64,000 nucleotides of DNA from an uncultured cyanobacterium. Lineage in GTDB: Bacteria > Cyanobacteriota > Vampirovibrionia > Gastranaerophilales > Gastranaerophilaceae. How positions within the stretch are numbered: the stretch's first letter is position 1; every line of letters starts with the position of its first letter. The stretch covers positions 15,600-79,599 of the forward strand of contig CALYTW010000001.1 in the NCBI GenBank assembly GCA_945487905.1, written 5' to 3'. The notes beneath the pieces were generated by a model. The model searched no databases. It had not been told where the DNA came from and was given only the letters and a program-made list of their open reading frames with translations. This document shows, piece after piece, positions 9,286 through 20,423 of the stretch. Both the position numbers and the translations under genes were made by a program.

Positions 9286-10182
9286 ATGGGGATAGAGAAA
9301 GTTTTATTATGCGGATTGGGAGCTGTAGGGTTAACTTATGCAAACAAGTTAAAAGATGTTTGCGAGCTTAAAATTCTTGCGGATTCAGAAAGAATTGAAA
9401 AATACAAAACGAATTTGCCTGCCTTGAACGGTGTACAAATAGAACTTGATTATATTTTGCCTGATGAAACTTGGAATCCTGATTTAATAATTATTACAAC
9501 TAAAGCTCAGGGGTTAGAATCCGCAATTGAATATATCAAGAATTTTATAGACAAAAAAACCATAATTCTTTCTTTGATAAACGGAATTTCAAGCGAAAAT
9601 AAAATTGCACAAGTTTATGGTTGGGATAAAGTTTTGCATTCATATTTTATAGGACACAGTGCTGTAAGAGAAGATAATAATGTAACTCAAGACGGTGTCG
9701 GAAGAATAGTTTTCGGCTCTCCTTATGAAGAAAATAAAATCAAAGTTCAGGAGTTAAAAGATTTTCTTGAAAGTAAAAATATTGACTATGAAATTCCTAA
9801 GGATATTATTTATTCTTTATGGTTAAAGTTTGCTTTGAATGTTTTTTCAAATCAAGCTTCCGCAATAATGGGGTTGACTTTCGGAGAAATGAAAAGTAAA
9901 AAATTTAAAAAATTTGCAAAAAAAATTATTAAAGAAGTTACAGTAATTGCAAAAGAAGAAGGTATTTCAGGGTATGAAAATTTGGAAAAAGATTCACTTA
10001 CAGCATTGATGAGCATGGTAAATAACGGCAAAACTTCAATGTATCAAGATATTCTGGCGGATAGAAAAACTGAAGTTGATATTTTTGCAGGAGAAATTGT
10101 AAGACTCGGGGAAAAACACAATATAAAAACACCTTACAATCAGGTTATGTATGATATGATAAAAGTAATAGAGGGAGAATAA
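9286..10182 (+). CDS. 2-dehydropantoate 2-reductase family oxidoreductase (ApbA/PanE-like)
   Basis: N-terminal Rossmann motif VLLCGLGAVGLTYA. Length and C-terminal helical domain are typical of ketopantoate reductase family. ATG at 9286 preferred. Confidence 0.7.
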   Translation: MGIEKVLLCGLGAVGLTYANKLKDVCELKILADSERIEKYKTNLPALNGVQIELDYILPDETWNPDLIIITTKAQGLESAIEYIKNFIDKKTIILSLINGISSENKIAQVYGWDKVLHSYFIGHSAVREDNNVTQDGVGRIVFGSPYEENKIKVQELKDFLESKNIDYEIPKDIIYSLWLKFALNVFSNQASAIMGLTFGEMKSKKFKKFAKKIIKEVTVIAKEEGISGYENLEKDSLTALMSMVNNGKTSMYQDILADRKTEVDIFAGEIVRLGEKHNIKTPYNQVMYDMIKVIEGE

Positions 10183-10183
10183 T

Positions 10184-10861
10184 ATGAACATAGCTTTTAT
10201 TCCGGTAAGAGGAGGTTCAAAATCCATACCGCTTAAAAATATAAAAATAATCAACGGAAAACCTCTGGTATATTGGACGTTAAAATCTGCTTGCGAGGCG
10301 AAGTGTATAGATAAAGTTATTGTTGCAACAGATAGCGATAAAATTAAAAGCACGGTTTTAAGTTTCGGCTTCGAAAAAACAGAAATTTATGACAGAAATC
10401 CCGATAATGCTCAAGATACATCTTCAACGGAAAGTGTCATGATTGAGTACATAAATTATGCAAACTTAAATCCTGATGCCAAGTTTGTCTTGATTCAAGC
10501 AACATCTCCTCTTTTGAAAGCTGAACATATTGATGGAATGTTTGCAAAATTATCTTCGACAGGGGCTGATTCAATATTTTCAGGCGTAAGAGAAAAGCAA
10601 TTTCATTGGATAGAAACCACTGAAGGAATAAAACCCGTTAATTATAATCCTCAGAATCGTCCGAGAAGACAGGATTTTCAAGGTTTGATTGCCGAGAATG
10701 GCGCTTGTTATATAAACTCTGTCGGAAATATTTTGCGTGATAACTGTAGGCTTTCCGGAAGAATAGAAATGTACGAACTTCCGCCCGAAACAGGTTATGA
10801 AATTGATGAAAAACATGATTGGGTAATAGCGGAAAGTTTGCTTCAAAGTTTTTACAAATAA
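10184..10861 (+). CDS. acylneuraminate (NeuA-type) cytidylyltransferase family protein
   Basis: IAFIPVRGGSKSIPLKNI..NGKPL matches the CTP_transf_3 N-terminal signature. Starts 1 nt after the preceding gene. Confidence 0.7.
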   Translation: MNIAFIPVRGGSKSIPLKNIKIINGKPLVYWTLKSACEAKCIDKVIVATDSDKIKSTVLSFGFEKTEIYDRNPDNAQDTSSTESVMIEYINYANLNPDAKFVLIQATSPLLKAEHIDGMFAKLSSTGADSIFSGVREKQFHWIETTEGIKPVNYNPQNRPRRQDFQGLIAENGACYINSVGNILRDNCRLSGRIEMYELPPETGYEIDEKHDWVIAESLLQSFYK

Positions 10862-10864
10862 AAA

Positions 10865-10890
10865 AGAGGATGACCTTAAAGTCACCCTCT
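10865..10890 (-). terminator. intrinsic terminator (hairpin shared by convergent genes)
   Basis: AGAGGATGAC-CTTAAA-GTCACCCTCT. A T6 run follows on the minus strand. Confidence 0.6.
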
Positions 10891-10913
10891 TCCAAAACCT
10901 GTAAACTATCAAA

Positions 10914-11132
10914 CTATCTCAATTTAACTGTTACTGATTTAGCTTTTTGAGTATATTCCAATTTATCTTCTCTTGACAACCAGCCTAAACCCATTTCTGC
11001 AAAATTATCAGCCAAGCTTAAGTCTTTTTTCATTTTATTAATAGAAACTTCGCCTTTAGCATCAAGGTATCTGTAAATTTCACCAGCTGATTCAATAATT
11101 TGTTCTTGGAAACCCATAGTTGATTTTGCCAT
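10914..11132 (-). CDS. small winged-helix protein (DUF2582-like)
   Basis: 72 aa from the ATG at 11130-11132 with AAGGAG RBS. MAKST..IYRYLDAKGEVSINKMKKDL..GLGWLSREDKL resembles small wHTH proteins. The track start at 11210 is unlikely. Confidence 0.5.
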   Translation of the reverse strand: MAKSTMGFQEQIIESAGEIYRYLDAKGEVSINKMKKDLSLADNFAEMGLGWLSREDKLEYTQKAKSVTVKLR

Positions 11133-11227
11133 TTTTATTTCTCCTTTTTTGTGTGTATGTGCGTACCCCGAGTACAAATAAATTGTATAAAAAAATGTTT
11201 TTTTTTGCAAGCATTCAAATCTGATTT

Positions 11228-14200
11228 ATGATAAAATACTCCATAAAGTGTATGTTATTAAATTGTTTAAATTCATATAAAAGAGAAGAATTACTGGTTG
11301 AAAAATATTCAAACCTTGTAAACTCAGGAATTAAACCGTCTGAGATACTTGTTCTTGTTCAAAATTCTACATTAAAAAAATCTTTTACCCGAAAAGTATT
11401 GGAAAAAATATTTGTTCCGTCAATTGAAAAATTAAATATTCACTCATTTTTTTCTTTGGTTTATAACACATTGAATGACAACTGGTGTTTTGTTGAAAAT
11501 TCTATTCCTTCAGATAAATCTTTTATTCTCCCAAACCTTGTCGGATTAGAGGTTTCGCAGTTATTGCTGAAAGATATTTTAAAAGAACATGAGGTAAAAG
11601 GATATAATTCAAAAAAATCTCTTTTGCATCAGATTTTTAGAAGATATGCTTTGATTGTCCAAAACAATTTAACCGATCAAGAGGTTAGAGAACGCTCGGA
11701 AATTTTAGGAGAGGCTTTTGGAGATGATGCGGAATTTATTATAAAAAGGCTTTTGTCGGTAACGCTAAAAGCCAGAAGTGTAGACTATTTGAGGCAATCG
11801 CTTATCTTCAATTATATTTATAAAAATACGGAATATTTTAAAAATATAAAGTATTTGTTTGTTGACGATGCAGATGAAATGACCCCGATTTGTTTTAATT
11901 TTATATCTTATTTAAAACCGCAGTTAAATGATTGGACAATATGCTTTGATTCTCTGGGTTCAAGCAGATGCGGGTATTTGAGTGCTGATACCTCTGTTGA
12001 ATATAAGTTAAAAAAACTTTTTTGCGAAGAAGTTGAAAATTATGAAGAACAATTTTTAAATGGCGAAATAATATTTAAAAATGTTTTAGAAAAAAGGCAT
12101 GAAAGATTGCAAAATTTTACAATTTCTTCGTTGTCAAAACGTGCTGATATCCTTGATTTTGCCGTTCAAAAGATAGAAAATTTATTCAAAAATAATGTTA
12201 AACCGCAGGATATAACAATAATCACTCCGGTTCAGGATGATATGTTAAAATTTACGTTTAAAGAAAAACTGAAAAAATGTAATCTTTTGTTTTTATCCGG
12301 CAGTGAAAAGCTTATAGATAACCCGTTTGTCAAAGCAAGTTTAAATATACTGAAACTTATGCACGATATAGAGATTCCTGATATGGAATTAAGAGTTATT
12401 TTATCGGATTATATCGGAATTCCGCTTAAATATTGCGAGCCAATCGTTAAAACGTATAAACAAACAAAAGTTTTACCCGACATAGTTCTTGAAAATTATA
12501 ATGAAAAATATCAGAATTTTCTGAAAATTTTTAATGAAACAAGAGCTAAAAGTATAAAACTTTCAGCAAAAGTGTATGAAATGTTTTCAAAAGTCGTAAC
12601 AAATATTCCTGAAGATAAAATTAACAAATTCAATTTCTTTATAAAAGAACTTGTTGATTTTGAAAATGTATTGGGCGAGCAAGCTGTCAAAAACAGAGTT
12701 TTGGATATAATAAATCAGTTTGAAAATTCAATTATTGCGGAAAATCCAAGTACAACATTAGAAATTAAAAATGACGATTTAGTTATCGCAACTCCGCAAA
12801 AAATTATTGATAACAAAATATCGTCAAAATACCAGTTTTGGCTGGATGTTTCCAATGCGGAATGGGTAAAAACAGATACCGGACCTTTGTACAATGCGTG
12901 GGTAATGCAGACAGATTGGTCAAAAGATGAATATACTCTGGAAGATGATATTTTTCTTTCGTCTCAAAAAACAGCAAGGATTTTAAGAAAACTGCTTTTA
13001 AATGCAAAAGAGCATATTTGGGCATTGTCCAGCCTTTTTGACACACAAGGAGTTGAAAACCTTGGCGGAATTGAGGAATATTTGGTTTCTGAGGAAAATG
13101 AGGAAAAAACAAAACCGATGTTTACAATTACTCCAAGAGACGACCAAAAACCTGTACTTGAATACAAAAATGGTTCAATGGCAATTTCTGCTGTACCCGG
13201 AGCAGGTAAAACTACAATTCTGCTTGCACTTATTATGAAACTGTTAAACAGAGGAACAAATCCTGAAAATATTTTTGTTTTGACATATATGGATTCGGCA
13301 GCGAGGAATTTTCGTGAAAGAATTAAAAACATGTCTCCTGGTAGTACGCAATTGCCTAATATAAGCACTATTCATGGGCTTGCTTTGCGTATTATTAAAG
13401 AAAATTCTAATTATGCAAAATTAAATTTACCCCCTGATTTTGACATTTGTGACGATACTCAAAGAATGCGTATTATAAAAAGTATTCAAGGAAAAAATAC
13501 AAAAAAAGATTTGGAAGAATTTGACAGAGCAATTTCTGTAATGAAGCTTCAGGAAGGGAACATAGACACTCCGTCGACAGATAAAAAAATCGAAAAATTC
13601 AAGACATTTTATAAGGAATACCAGAGAAAACTTGATGAAGAAAATCTTATTGATTATGATGACATTTTACTATTGTCGGTAAAACTTTTAGAAAACAACA
13701 AAGATGTTTTGGAATATTATCAAAACATTTGTAAGTATGTTATTGAAGACGAAGCGCAGGATTCATCAGGCATTCAGCAGAAGTTAATAGGACTTTTAAG
13801 CGGTAAATATAAAAACCTTATACGATGCGGAGATATAAATCAAGCGATTACAACAACATTTTCTAATGCCGATGTTGAAGGATTCAGACAATTTATTAAA
13901 ACTGCGGATAAAAGCGTTGAAATGAACCGCTCTCAAAGATGTACGCAGGATGTTATGGATCTTGCAAACAGAGCTGTTGAGTGGGGAACTGGGATTCTGC
14001 CAAAAGCGTTTTATAATATTAAAATGCAAGGGGTTGAAGGTAAAAATCCTGTTTCTAAAAATGCAGTTGCTTTAAAGATTTTTGAAAGACCTTATGAAGA
14101 AAAAAATTTCATAGTTAAAGAAATTAAAAACACATTGACCTATAACAAAGATGCAACGATAGGAATTTTGCTGAGAAGTAATTTTCAAGTTGCAAACTGG

Positions 14201-15055
14201 ACAAGTTTTATTAATGATTCAGGTTTTAAAACTATTACAAGAAGTGAATCTTTGGGGCAAAAAGCTGTATTTAACACTATTTTCGCCATTCTTAAATTTA
14301 TACAAAATCCTTTCAGCAATGAACAGCTGGCAGAAACATACGAAGCTCTTGCCGAAACAGGGTTTTATAAATCAGGATTTCAAACTGTTATAAGGAATTT
14401 TGACAAACCGCTTGTGAGTACAAATTGCGACGAGCTTGAAGCTGATGATTTATCCGTGTTTGTTTGGGATATGGTATACTGGCTTAATTCTTCTACCCTG
14501 CCTATTGAAGAACTTGTTATAAGAATTGGTCTTTTTTACTACAGTTCTGATATCGAAAAATCGAATGTATATCTTATTTCAACGCTTGTGCAAAGGCTGA
14601 ATTCAAGTAATAATTTTGATTTAACTCTGGAACGATTGGAATCGCTTTCTAAGCGTCCAACGCTCAGCGGATTCAAATTTTTCTCGGAAGAAGAAGACGA
14701 AAAAGCCTCAAGGGGCAAAGTACAGATTATGACTATGCATAAATCAAAGGGTGATGAATTTGACTATGTGTTTATTCCTGAGCTTTCCGAAAAAGCACTC
14801 TCTATGGATATAAATTCTATGAATCTAAAAGCTTCAGCAGAATTTATGGAAGAAGTACGAGGGTTTAATCCTGCATACAAAAAGAAAAATGAAAATGAAC
14901 TTAAAGCCTTTTCGGCGGAAGAAAATATGCGTCTTTTCTATGTAGCAGTAACCAGAGCAAAAAAGAGGCTGTTTATTACAACATCTCAAAAGGTAAAAAC
15001 ATTTAATGGTGCTGAAAAAGAAGAACAGCCAAGTGTTATTTTTGAATACCTTTAG
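11228..15055 (+). CDS. 1275-aa two-module superfamily-1 helicase: AddB-like degenerate N-module fused to UvrD/AddA-like C-module
   Basis: C-module: AVPGAGKTT (motif I), VIEDEAQDSS (II), CGDINQAI (III), MTMHKSKGDEFDYVFIPEL (V), LFYVAVTRAKKRLFI (VI). N-module: the P-loop position reads NCLNSYKR, then ILVLVQNSTLKKSF, IHSFFSL, YLFVDDADEMTP. Confidence 0.8.
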   Translation: MIKYSIKCMLLNCLNSYKREELLVEKYSNLVNSGIKPSEILVLVQNSTLKKSFTRKVLEKIFVPSIEKLNIHSFFSLVYNTLNDNWCFVENSIPSDKSFILPNLVGLEVSQLLLKDILKEHEVKGYNSKKSLLHQIFRRYALIVQNNLTDQEVRERSEILGEAFGDDAEFIIKRLLSVTLKARSVDYLRQSLIFNYIYKNTEYFKNIKYLFVDDADEMTPICFNFISYLKPQLNDWTICFDSLGSSRCGYLSADTSVEYKLKKLFCEEVENYEEQFLNGEIIFKNVLEKRHERLQNFTISSLSKRADILDFAVQKIENLFKNNVKPQDITIITPVQDDMLKFTFKEKLKKCNLLFLSGSEKLIDNPFVKASLNILKLMHDIEIPDMELRVILSDYIGIPLKYCEPIVKTYKQTKVLPDIVLENYNEKYQNFLKIFNETRAKSIKLSAKVYEMFSKVVTNIPEDKINKFNFFIKELVDFENVLGEQAVKNRVLDIINQFENSIIAENPSTTLEIKNDDLVIATPQKIIDNKISSKYQFWLDVSNAEWVKTDTGPLYNAWVMQTDWSKDEYTLEDDIFLSSQKTARILRKLLLNAKEHIWALSSLFDTQGVENLGGIEEYLVSEENEEKTKPMFTITPRDDQKPVLEYKNGSMAISAVPGAGKTTILLALIMKLLNRGTNPENIFVLTYMDSAARNFRERIKNMSPGSTQLPNISTIHGLALRIIKENSNYAKLNLPPDFDICDDTQRMRIIKSIQGKNTKKDLEEFDRAISVMKLQEGNIDTPSTDKKIEKFKTFYKEYQRKLDEENLIDYDDILLLSVKLLENNKDVLEYYQNICKYVIEDEAQDSSGIQQKLIGLLSGKYKNLIRCGDINQAITTTFSNADVEGFRQFIKTADKSVEMNRSQRCTQDVMDLANRAVEWGTGILPKAFYNIKMQGVEGKNPVSKNAVALKIFERPYEEKNFIVKEIKNTLTYNKDATIGILLRSNFQVANWTSFINDSGFKTITRSESLGQKAVFNTIFAILKFIQNPFSNEQLAETYEALAETGFYKSGFQTVIRNFDKPLVSTNCDELEADDLSVFVWDMVYWLNSSTLPIEELVIRIGLFYYSSDIEKSNVYLISTLVQRLNSSNNFDLTLERLESLSKRPTLSGFKFFSEEEDEKASRGKVQIMTMHKSKGDEFDYVFIPELSEKALSMDINSMNLKASAEFMEEVRGFNPAYKKKNENELKAFSAEENMRLFYVAVTRAKKRLFITTSQKVKTFNGAEKEEQPSVIFEYL

Positions 15056-15063
15056 TAAATTCC

Positions 15064-16926
15064 CTACCCCTCACTTTCGGAGGGCAAAGCATTTTTTGGT
15101 AAATATTCTTCTTCTTCCTCTTTTGAAATTATTATGGGTAAGCGGAAACCGAAGGTTGAACCTTCGCCCTCCTTAGACTGAACAAAAACCTGTCCGTGAT
15201 GATGTTTCTCAACGGTAACTTTTACAAGATGCAAGCCAAGTCCTGTACCTTTGACAGTGTGAGTATCGTTTTCCACACGGAAAAATCTGTCAAAAATCTT
15301 CTTTTGATATTGCTCAGGAATCCCCGGCCCTTGATCTTCAACACTGACTTCAATATATTGTCCGTCACGTGAACGCTCTGCTCTGATTTTAATACGTTTT
15401 CCGTCAGGAGAATATTTTATTGCATTCGAAAGTATATTCATAAATGCACGGGAAATGCTGTCAATATTAAGATATACTTCCGGCAAATCTGGTTCTTTCA
15501 TGACTGAAATTGTCAAATCATGTTCTTTAACAAGCACCTGAACCTGATTTACACAATCTTCAATAATCTCCATAACATTTTGTTTTGATTTTTCAAGATG
15601 AACATTTTGAGATTCATATCGTGAAAAATCGAGAATATCATTAACCATACGGTTCAAACGTATAATTTCCTGATTCATTACGCCTATAAATTCTCTCTGT
15701 GTATTGAAATCAAAATCGTTGCCGAAATTATACAGGGTATCAATATAACTTCTAAGAACGGTTACAGGGGTTCTTAATTCATGAGAAACATTGGAAATAA
15801 AGTGTGAACGAAGTTCGTCCATTTCAACATCTTTTGTGACATCAATAAGAACTATAATATATCCCACATAGGCATTTGAACGTGTAAACATAGGCGAAAT
15901 AAGACATTTGATTATGCGTTTATCAATTTCAATGTTAAACGGGGTTGTTGTTCCGTCTTCTTCCAGCGGAGTATCTTTGAATTGAGCAATTTTATCATTA
16001 AAACAAAACTCTCCGGAGGAATCGCAGAATTGCTGAATTTGAGTTCCTACAATATTTTCCTCATCGACTTCAAGCAATTTTTTTGCATGGTTATTGACCA
16101 TAATAACTTTGTCATGGTTGTCGCAGACGACAACTCCGTTTACAATGCTCATCAAAACCGCTTCAAGCTTGTTTCGTTCAAAAGTCAGGCTTTCAATAGT
16201 TTGTTCATTATACCTGCTTAATTTTTCAGACATATCGTTGAATGCATTATAAAGTTCACGCACTTCGTTATCAACATTTTTATCTTCAAGCATGTATCCG
16301 AACTCGCCTGAAGAAATCTTTTTAACACCTTGATAAAGTTTTCTCAATTCACTTGTAATAATTGAAGAATTCATATAAATAATTCCTGCAATTACAAGCC
16401 AAGCCAGCATGAACACTATTGAAACAGAGACTTTTGTTGTTGAAGAAATATTATCAATTATTGTTCCTGAAAGTCCGACTTCTACAGAGCCTGCATTTAC
16501 CGTTTCATTAAGGTTTTTAATAATCATAGGAGAGCTTACGGTAATTCTCGCTTTTTCCGCTCTTTGGGAATAGTCGTCTTTACTTGAATAAACTACTTTG
16601 GATTTGTTGTCCCTAAAAATTATAAAACAAATATCATCGTTGCTTTTGAGTATTGAGACGGCATTTGTACGCAGAGCATCATATTTTGCAAGCTGGGGAA
16701 CTTCTTTAGTTATTTCTACTCCTTCAATAGCAAGAGTTTTAGACAAGACCTGACCAAAATTTTTATAAGCATTGTACATGTTTTTATCAATACTTATAAG
16801 TGCAAACCACGCCGTAGAAAGGATAAACAGAGTACTTACAAACAGACCGGCAAGAATTAGCCTTGTCTGGGCAGATAAACCTTTTTTTTGTTTCTCCTCT
16901 TTTTTTATCAAGCCGATATCTTCCAT
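15064..16926 (-). CDS. sensor histidine kinase (TM-HAMP-PAS-HisKA-HATPase)
   Basis: H-box SHELRTPVTVL; N/G boxes NILSNAIKYS, DQGPGIP, GTGLGLHLV; PAS-like segment LEAVLMSIVNGVVVCD. ATG at 16926 is likely (the track uses TTG at 16962). Confidence 0.85.
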   Translation of the reverse strand: MEDIGLIKKEEKQKKGLSAQTRLILAGLFVSTLFILSTAWFALISIDKNMYNAYKNFGQVLSKTLAIEGVEITKEVPQLAKYDALRTNAVSILKSNDDICFIIFRDNKSKVVYSSKDDYSQRAEKARITVSSPMIIKNLNETVNAGSVEVGLSGTIIDNISSTTKVSVSIVFMLAWLVIAGIIYMNSSIITSELRKLYQGVKKISSGEFGYMLEDKNVDNEVRELYNAFNDMSEKLSRYNEQTIESLTFERNKLEAVLMSIVNGVVVCDNHDKVIMVNNHAKKLLEVDEENIVGTQIQQFCDSSGEFCFNDKIAQFKDTPLEEDGTTTPFNIEIDKRIIKCLISPMFTRSNAYVGYIIVLIDVTKDVEMDELRSHFISNVSHELRTPVTVLRSYIDTLYNFGNDFDFNTQREFIGVMNQEIIRLNRMVNDILDFSRYESQNVHLEKSKQNVMEIIEDCVNQVQVLVKEHDLTISVMKEPDLPEVYLNIDSISRAFMNILSNAIKYSPDGKRIKIRAERSRDGQYIEVSVEDQGPGIPEQYQKKIFDRFFRVENDTHTVKGTGLGLHLVKVTVEKHHHGQVFVQSKEGEGSTFGFRLPIIISKEEEEEYLPKNALPSESEG

Positions 16927-17028
16927 AGTCAAAATTATACCATGTAAATTGTTTTGTAACAATAAAAAATAAGATTGTTTACGAAAGTTCTTGCAACTAA
17001 AATAGTTTTGTTTTACAATGTTTGAACC

Positions 17029-17988
17029 ATGAGAATAGAAGTTCTATCAATATCAAGGGGATATTATAACTACGGTTGTGATAATGCTAATAGAGCAGAG
17101 AATGTAAATTCCCCTGCTTTTAAGTCTTTGTTATATAATCCGAAGTCAATTATTCACAAAACGAATCCTGTATTGCAATTTATAGATGATTTTTTCAGCC
17201 GTTCCGTAGTAGCATCGAGAAGAACTTGGCACAAACCTATTAAAGAGATACAGCCCCATCTGCAAGTTATTGATATCAAAGACAAAAAACATCCGCATGT
17301 AAGGATGTGGGATATTAATGATGCTGAAAAAACAAAGTATGCAGTTGTTCTGCATGGTTTAAGTCATAATATTACAAGTTTGCAAGATATGTACAAAAAG
17401 ATTCTCACGAATACGGAATATGCCGTACTAGCACCGGAATATCACGGACTTACACCTGATAATAATGAAGACATTTATCTTGAACCCAGAAAAATTTTAA
17501 GAGATATAAAAAATTCAATTGCATATCTCAACCAAAAGGGCATTAAGAATGAAGATATAACTCTTATCGGTCACAGCTTCGGCGGATATGCAGCCGCAAA
17601 ATTAGCAAAAGTATATCCCGATTTGGAAAGCGTAATTCTTGTATCGTCGATAAATACAAATGAATATCTTTCAAGAAAACTGCAAGAAAACAGGTTCAGA
17701 CACATACCAAAGTCAATAAAAGAAGCTTATGCCGAACATCCTTGGCTTGGCTTACCGCTTAAATTTGTATTTAATACCAGCCGGCAATTAAAAAAAGTAA
17801 CATCACCGGTAGATATAATTCACGCAAACCGTGATAAATTAACGGATATTAACATATCTATTGATATGGCATATCATTGTAAAAATCTTCGAAGCTTAAA
17901 TATTATAGACGGCTACCATCAAATGGATGAAAACAAAATGAATACAATTGTATCAATTTTGAATTCGAACAACGATAACAACAAATAG
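17029..17988 (+). CDS. alpha/beta hydrolase
   Basis: Nucleophile elbow IGHSFGGYAA; HG oxyanion motif VVLHGLSHN. Confidence 0.7.
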   Translation: MRIEVLSISRGYYNYGCDNANRAENVNSPAFKSLLYNPKSIIHKTNPVLQFIDDFFSRSVVASRRTWHKPIKEIQPHLQVIDIKDKKHPHVRMWDINDAEKTKYAVVLHGLSHNITSLQDMYKKILTNTEYAVLAPEYHGLTPDNNEDIYLEPRKILRDIKNSIAYLNQKGIKNEDITLIGHSFGGYAAAKLAKVYPDLESVILVSSINTNEYLSRKLQENRFRHIPKSIKEAYAEHPWLGLPLKFVFNTSRQLKKVTSPVDIIHANRDKLTDINISIDMAYHCKNLRSLNIIDGYHQMDENKMNTIVSILNSNNDNNK

Positions 17989-18414
17989 TTACTGAGGTAA
18001 ATCTATTGTGCAGACAGAGCTGTCCTGTAGATATTTATTCCAAACCTTTACCACGGGGTTGTTTTGGGCTTTGCTTATGCTTGAAGTATCAACATCTTCT
18101 CCTGAATATTGTTGAAGAGTAGAATATGCTCTCATAACTTTTACAAGTTCATTAATCTGTTTTTTTGTAAATCTGCATGTTGTACAGGTATCCATTCCGG
18201 AATAACTGACAAATTCTTTATAAACACATTTGTCTCCGTTCCATCCGAGGATTTGGTTTTTATATTTAACCTTCATTCCGTCAGTATTAACAAGCCCGCT
18301 GTTTGTGTAATTAGAGCAAGTTTGGAGTGCTGTTGCAAAAGTATCATCATCAGCAGTAGCCGCTATTACAGTCGTTATAAAAATTGCAAGACAAAAAAAC
18401 AAATACTTTCTCAT
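17989..18414 (-). CDS. secreted Cys-containing hypothetical protein
   Basis: 141 aa with N-terminal signal peptide MRKYLFFCLAIFITTVIAA. Confidence 0.5.
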   Translation of the reverse strand: MRKYLFFCLAIFITTVIAATADDDTFATALQTCSNYTNSGLVNTDGMKVKYKNQILGWNGDKCVYKEFVSYSGMDTCTTCRFTKKQINELVKVMRAYSTLQQYSGEDVDTSSISKAQNNPVVKVWNKYLQDSSVCTIDLPQ

Positions 18415-18454
18415 ATAACAACCTCTCTCATGTTTACCTCTATTTCCCCTGCTC

Positions 18455-18853
18455 CTATTTGCCCAGTGCTGCTTTTAGTCTTGCCAGTGAACGTGCAAGT
18501 GCAGCCTGCGCTCTTTGGGCATCAACTGTTGCTATATTATCGGCAAGCCTTGCTTCTGCACGAGCCTTTGCTTCATTTGCACGTGTAACATCTATGTCGC
18601 ATCCGTCTTCACAAACATCAGTCAAAATGGCAGCAATATTGTCTTTAAATTGAAAGATTCCGCCCATTGTTGCAAAATATTTATATTTTTCGCCTTGTTT
18701 TATTTTTGTAACTCCGATATCAAGAACAGTGGTTATCGGCAGACGGTCTTTCAAAATACCAAGCTGACCGGTTTTGGTTTGGATTACAATTTCGTCAACT
18801 TCGCCTTCAAAGACTATTCTTTCGTGTGTTATTATTTTTAACTGCATATTCAC
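18455..18853 (-). CDS. atpC: F-type ATP synthase epsilon subunit
   Basis: 132 aa immediately downstream of atpD. LKIITHERIVFEGEVDEIV..GQLGILKDRLP, with a C-terminal helical hairpin ARAEARL. Confidence 0.9.
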   Translation of the reverse strand: MNMQLKIITHERIVFEGEVDEIVIQTKTGQLGILKDRLPITTVLDIGVTKIKQGEKYKYFATMGGIFQFKDNIAAILTDVCEDGCDIDVTRANEAKARAEARLADNIATVDAQRAQAALARSLARLKAALGK

Positions 18854-18856
18854 TCA

Positions 18857-20278
<1,422 letters not shown>

Positions 20279-20376
20279 TTACAGCGAAATTCGCCTTTTA
20301 TATATCTCTCTTTCTGGAGAAATTATACTATAAATTTACATAGTTCGCAACAATATGGTCAATGGAGGAAGGTATG

Positions 20377-20404
20377 GAGGTATGGCTTTAATGTGCTATA
20401 CCTC
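20377..20404 (-). repeat. stem-loop element, copy 1 (GAGGTATRG...CCATACCTC family)
   Basis: Lies between gshA-like and atpD. In transcript (minus) orientation: GAGGTATAG-loop-CCATACCTCCATACCT. See findings. Confidence 0.6.
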
Positions 20405-20423
20405 TACCTTTCTATACTTCTAT

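Noticed and set aside
11133-15055. Gabija/Hachiman/Nhi-like defence assignment for the large helicase and its neighbouring wHTH gene
   Set aside because: None of the partner genes of these systems (GajA ATPase-TOPRIM, HamA, a nuclease domain) is present, and the flanking genes are housekeeping. It is reported only as an unusual helicase architecture.
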